Below are positions 62,481 to 64,000 of a stretch of 64,000 bases of DNA, in pieces. A program made the translations under genes and the position numbers. Position 1 is the first letter of the stretch; each line of letters starts with the position of its first letter. Origin of the DNA: Stegostoma tigrinum (lineage: Eukaryota); the NCBI RefSeq assembly GCF_030684315.1, contig NC_081358.1:55748942-55812941 (forward strand), given 5' to 3'. Below the pieces are notes generated by a model that made no database searches, was not told the DNA's origin, and saw only the letters and a program-made list of their open reading frames with translations.

Positions 62481-62702
62481 TTGCTTCTAATGAAGCTGTG
62501 GGAACTTTTCCAGCATTGATGCCAGGATTTGAACATCACTTTCCTGCCACTCACAGTCTCCGCCACTTCCAGCCAGGTGTCTCCTTCCTCGGGCTGCTCT
62601 TTTGCCCCCGTCTATAAGAAAGATGACATTTCCTCTCGGCCAGTAGGCTCTTCAGATTCAGAGAACTCAGTCAGCGGCAGCTTTCCCACATGTTTGGTCC
62701 AT
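62481..62702 (-). pseudogene. Decayed Myb/SANT-like exon of the Harbinger element
   Basis: MDQTCGKAAAD*..TWLEVAETVSGRKVMFKSWHQCWKSSHSFIRSK (W.EVA..VS..W.QC.K pattern); tataaa ~50 bp upstream at 62749-62754 (-); candidate next exon after ttgcag at ~62226. Confidence 0.7.
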
Positions 62703-64000
62703 CCTCTTGCTTGCAGATTGTTTCAGCACTAAGCTCCTCCTGCAGCCATTTATACCCCTGCAGTGGAGTGGTTCCATTCAATACAGAGCCTTAATTGATA
62801 AGAGTGTAGATTATCATTATGCCTCCAATCTGTGACAGCCCAGGAAACCGTGAGAGTGAGTTATTACTGTCCTGGTTGTGTTAAAGAGCCATAGTAAAAA
62901 TCTGGTCCTGCAGCAGTCAGGAATCCTACCCATTCTGGGATGCCGGGCTGACTGCACATTTGATTCAGTAAATATCCATTTGATGACCTTGGTCTTCTCT
63001 CATAATCAATTGGAGGGAAATTCTGCTAATCTAGTACTGGAAAAATAGTATAATCATTTAGCAGTAGTAGATGAGTCAAAAGAAGTAATGGTGAGGTAAA
63101 ACTATGTGTTTTCAATATTTACTTAAATACCAATGCTTCTGACACCATGTCAATTATGGGGAACACTTCAGTGAGAAGTAAGAGTCAACCAAGAAGAGAT
63201 TCTTGGAGAACACAAGAGGATAATAGTGCAAGAGTGGAACAGAACTCATTGCAGGTGATTGTATGGAATAGATAGATAGAAATGGAAGCATGCCTGAGAA
63301 GCCAATTGTACATGAAAGCAATTGAAGGATATTGGTGTGATCACTCCCGTCATAGGTAGAGAAGGCAAGGAGAGACAGTTTACATTTATCGCAGACAGAG
63401 TGGGCATTATCTGTAATTTTGATATAGACTGTACAGACAGAAATTTAATTGGAAAGTCTCAGACACAGATATTGGGAAAGATGGACTGAGAGTCAATATA
63501 TATGTTTTCACCACTGGCAGAGATAGTATTGAGGCTGTATTGCTGTACTCCTCCTACTCCCCTACCTCCCCAGTCTGTGATACAGCCTCCTGTTTAGTTT
63601 TTGTCTTGGTAGAAAGGGACAACCTGACTGTGATCACAATGCCACAGTCCTGCATACAGGATGAACTTAATGTGTTCGATTAGCACCATTAACACGTTAA
63701 AATAAAAGATGTTGATTATTGCTAAGGTCTTTAAGACTAAATTTTGAATTCTTATTATGTATTCATTGCCTATCTGATAGAGCTCCTTGGATTCTCTATT
63801 AGACTTAACTTTCATTCATTATATGTAAAGAATTTCAACAGTGACAGTCTCAAAGATAAGTGACAGGCTTGCTGAAATCTCCACAGCTACTTTCTTCCCA
63901 CCTCCTGTTAAACATGATTGCTTCTATTTCTCCTCCTCCATACATGGAACAGAATAACTATCCAGTTGCAATTAATGCCTTATTTGATATTATTATTTTG

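Overview
AT-rich, repeat-dense eukaryotic DNA with no host protein-coding gene that I can support. The repeat content (HE1/V-SINE-like SINEs, DeuSINE, CR1 and L2 LINE debris) points to a cartilaginous fish, most likely a shark; this is an inference. The dominant signal is Penelope-like retroelements (PLEs; reverse transcriptase plus C-terminal GIY-YIG endonuclease) from at least three coding families. Family A is young and Neptune-like: a 961-aa open ORF at 33843-36728, disrupted copies at 6246-7935 and 42449-45302, and a fold-back copy at 10884-12022. Family B is older (14346-16732) and family C is Penelope/Poseidon-like (31651-32653). A fourth terminal-repeat family, D, appears only as short non-coding pieces. 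Every family carries a minimal type I hammerhead-ribozyme-like motif (CUGANGA-stem II-GAAA-palindromic ACGU/AGCU-H) in its 3' pseudo-LTR (pLTR). The most unusual structures are ~200-240 bp palindromic, MITE-like insertions built only from the hammerhead plus the pLTR end, each with a 10-15 bp target-site duplication (TSD) (2218-2413, 8278-8492, 60612-60848). Also present: decayed PIF/Harbinger transposase and Myb/SANT genes (60935-62702, 24925-25130), a three-level nested insertion (13800-16995), target-derived stutter repeats at one PLE 5' junction, and an old local duplication of unknown nature (19930-24632). Boundaries of old repeats are approximate, and family names come from motif recognition, not database searches.
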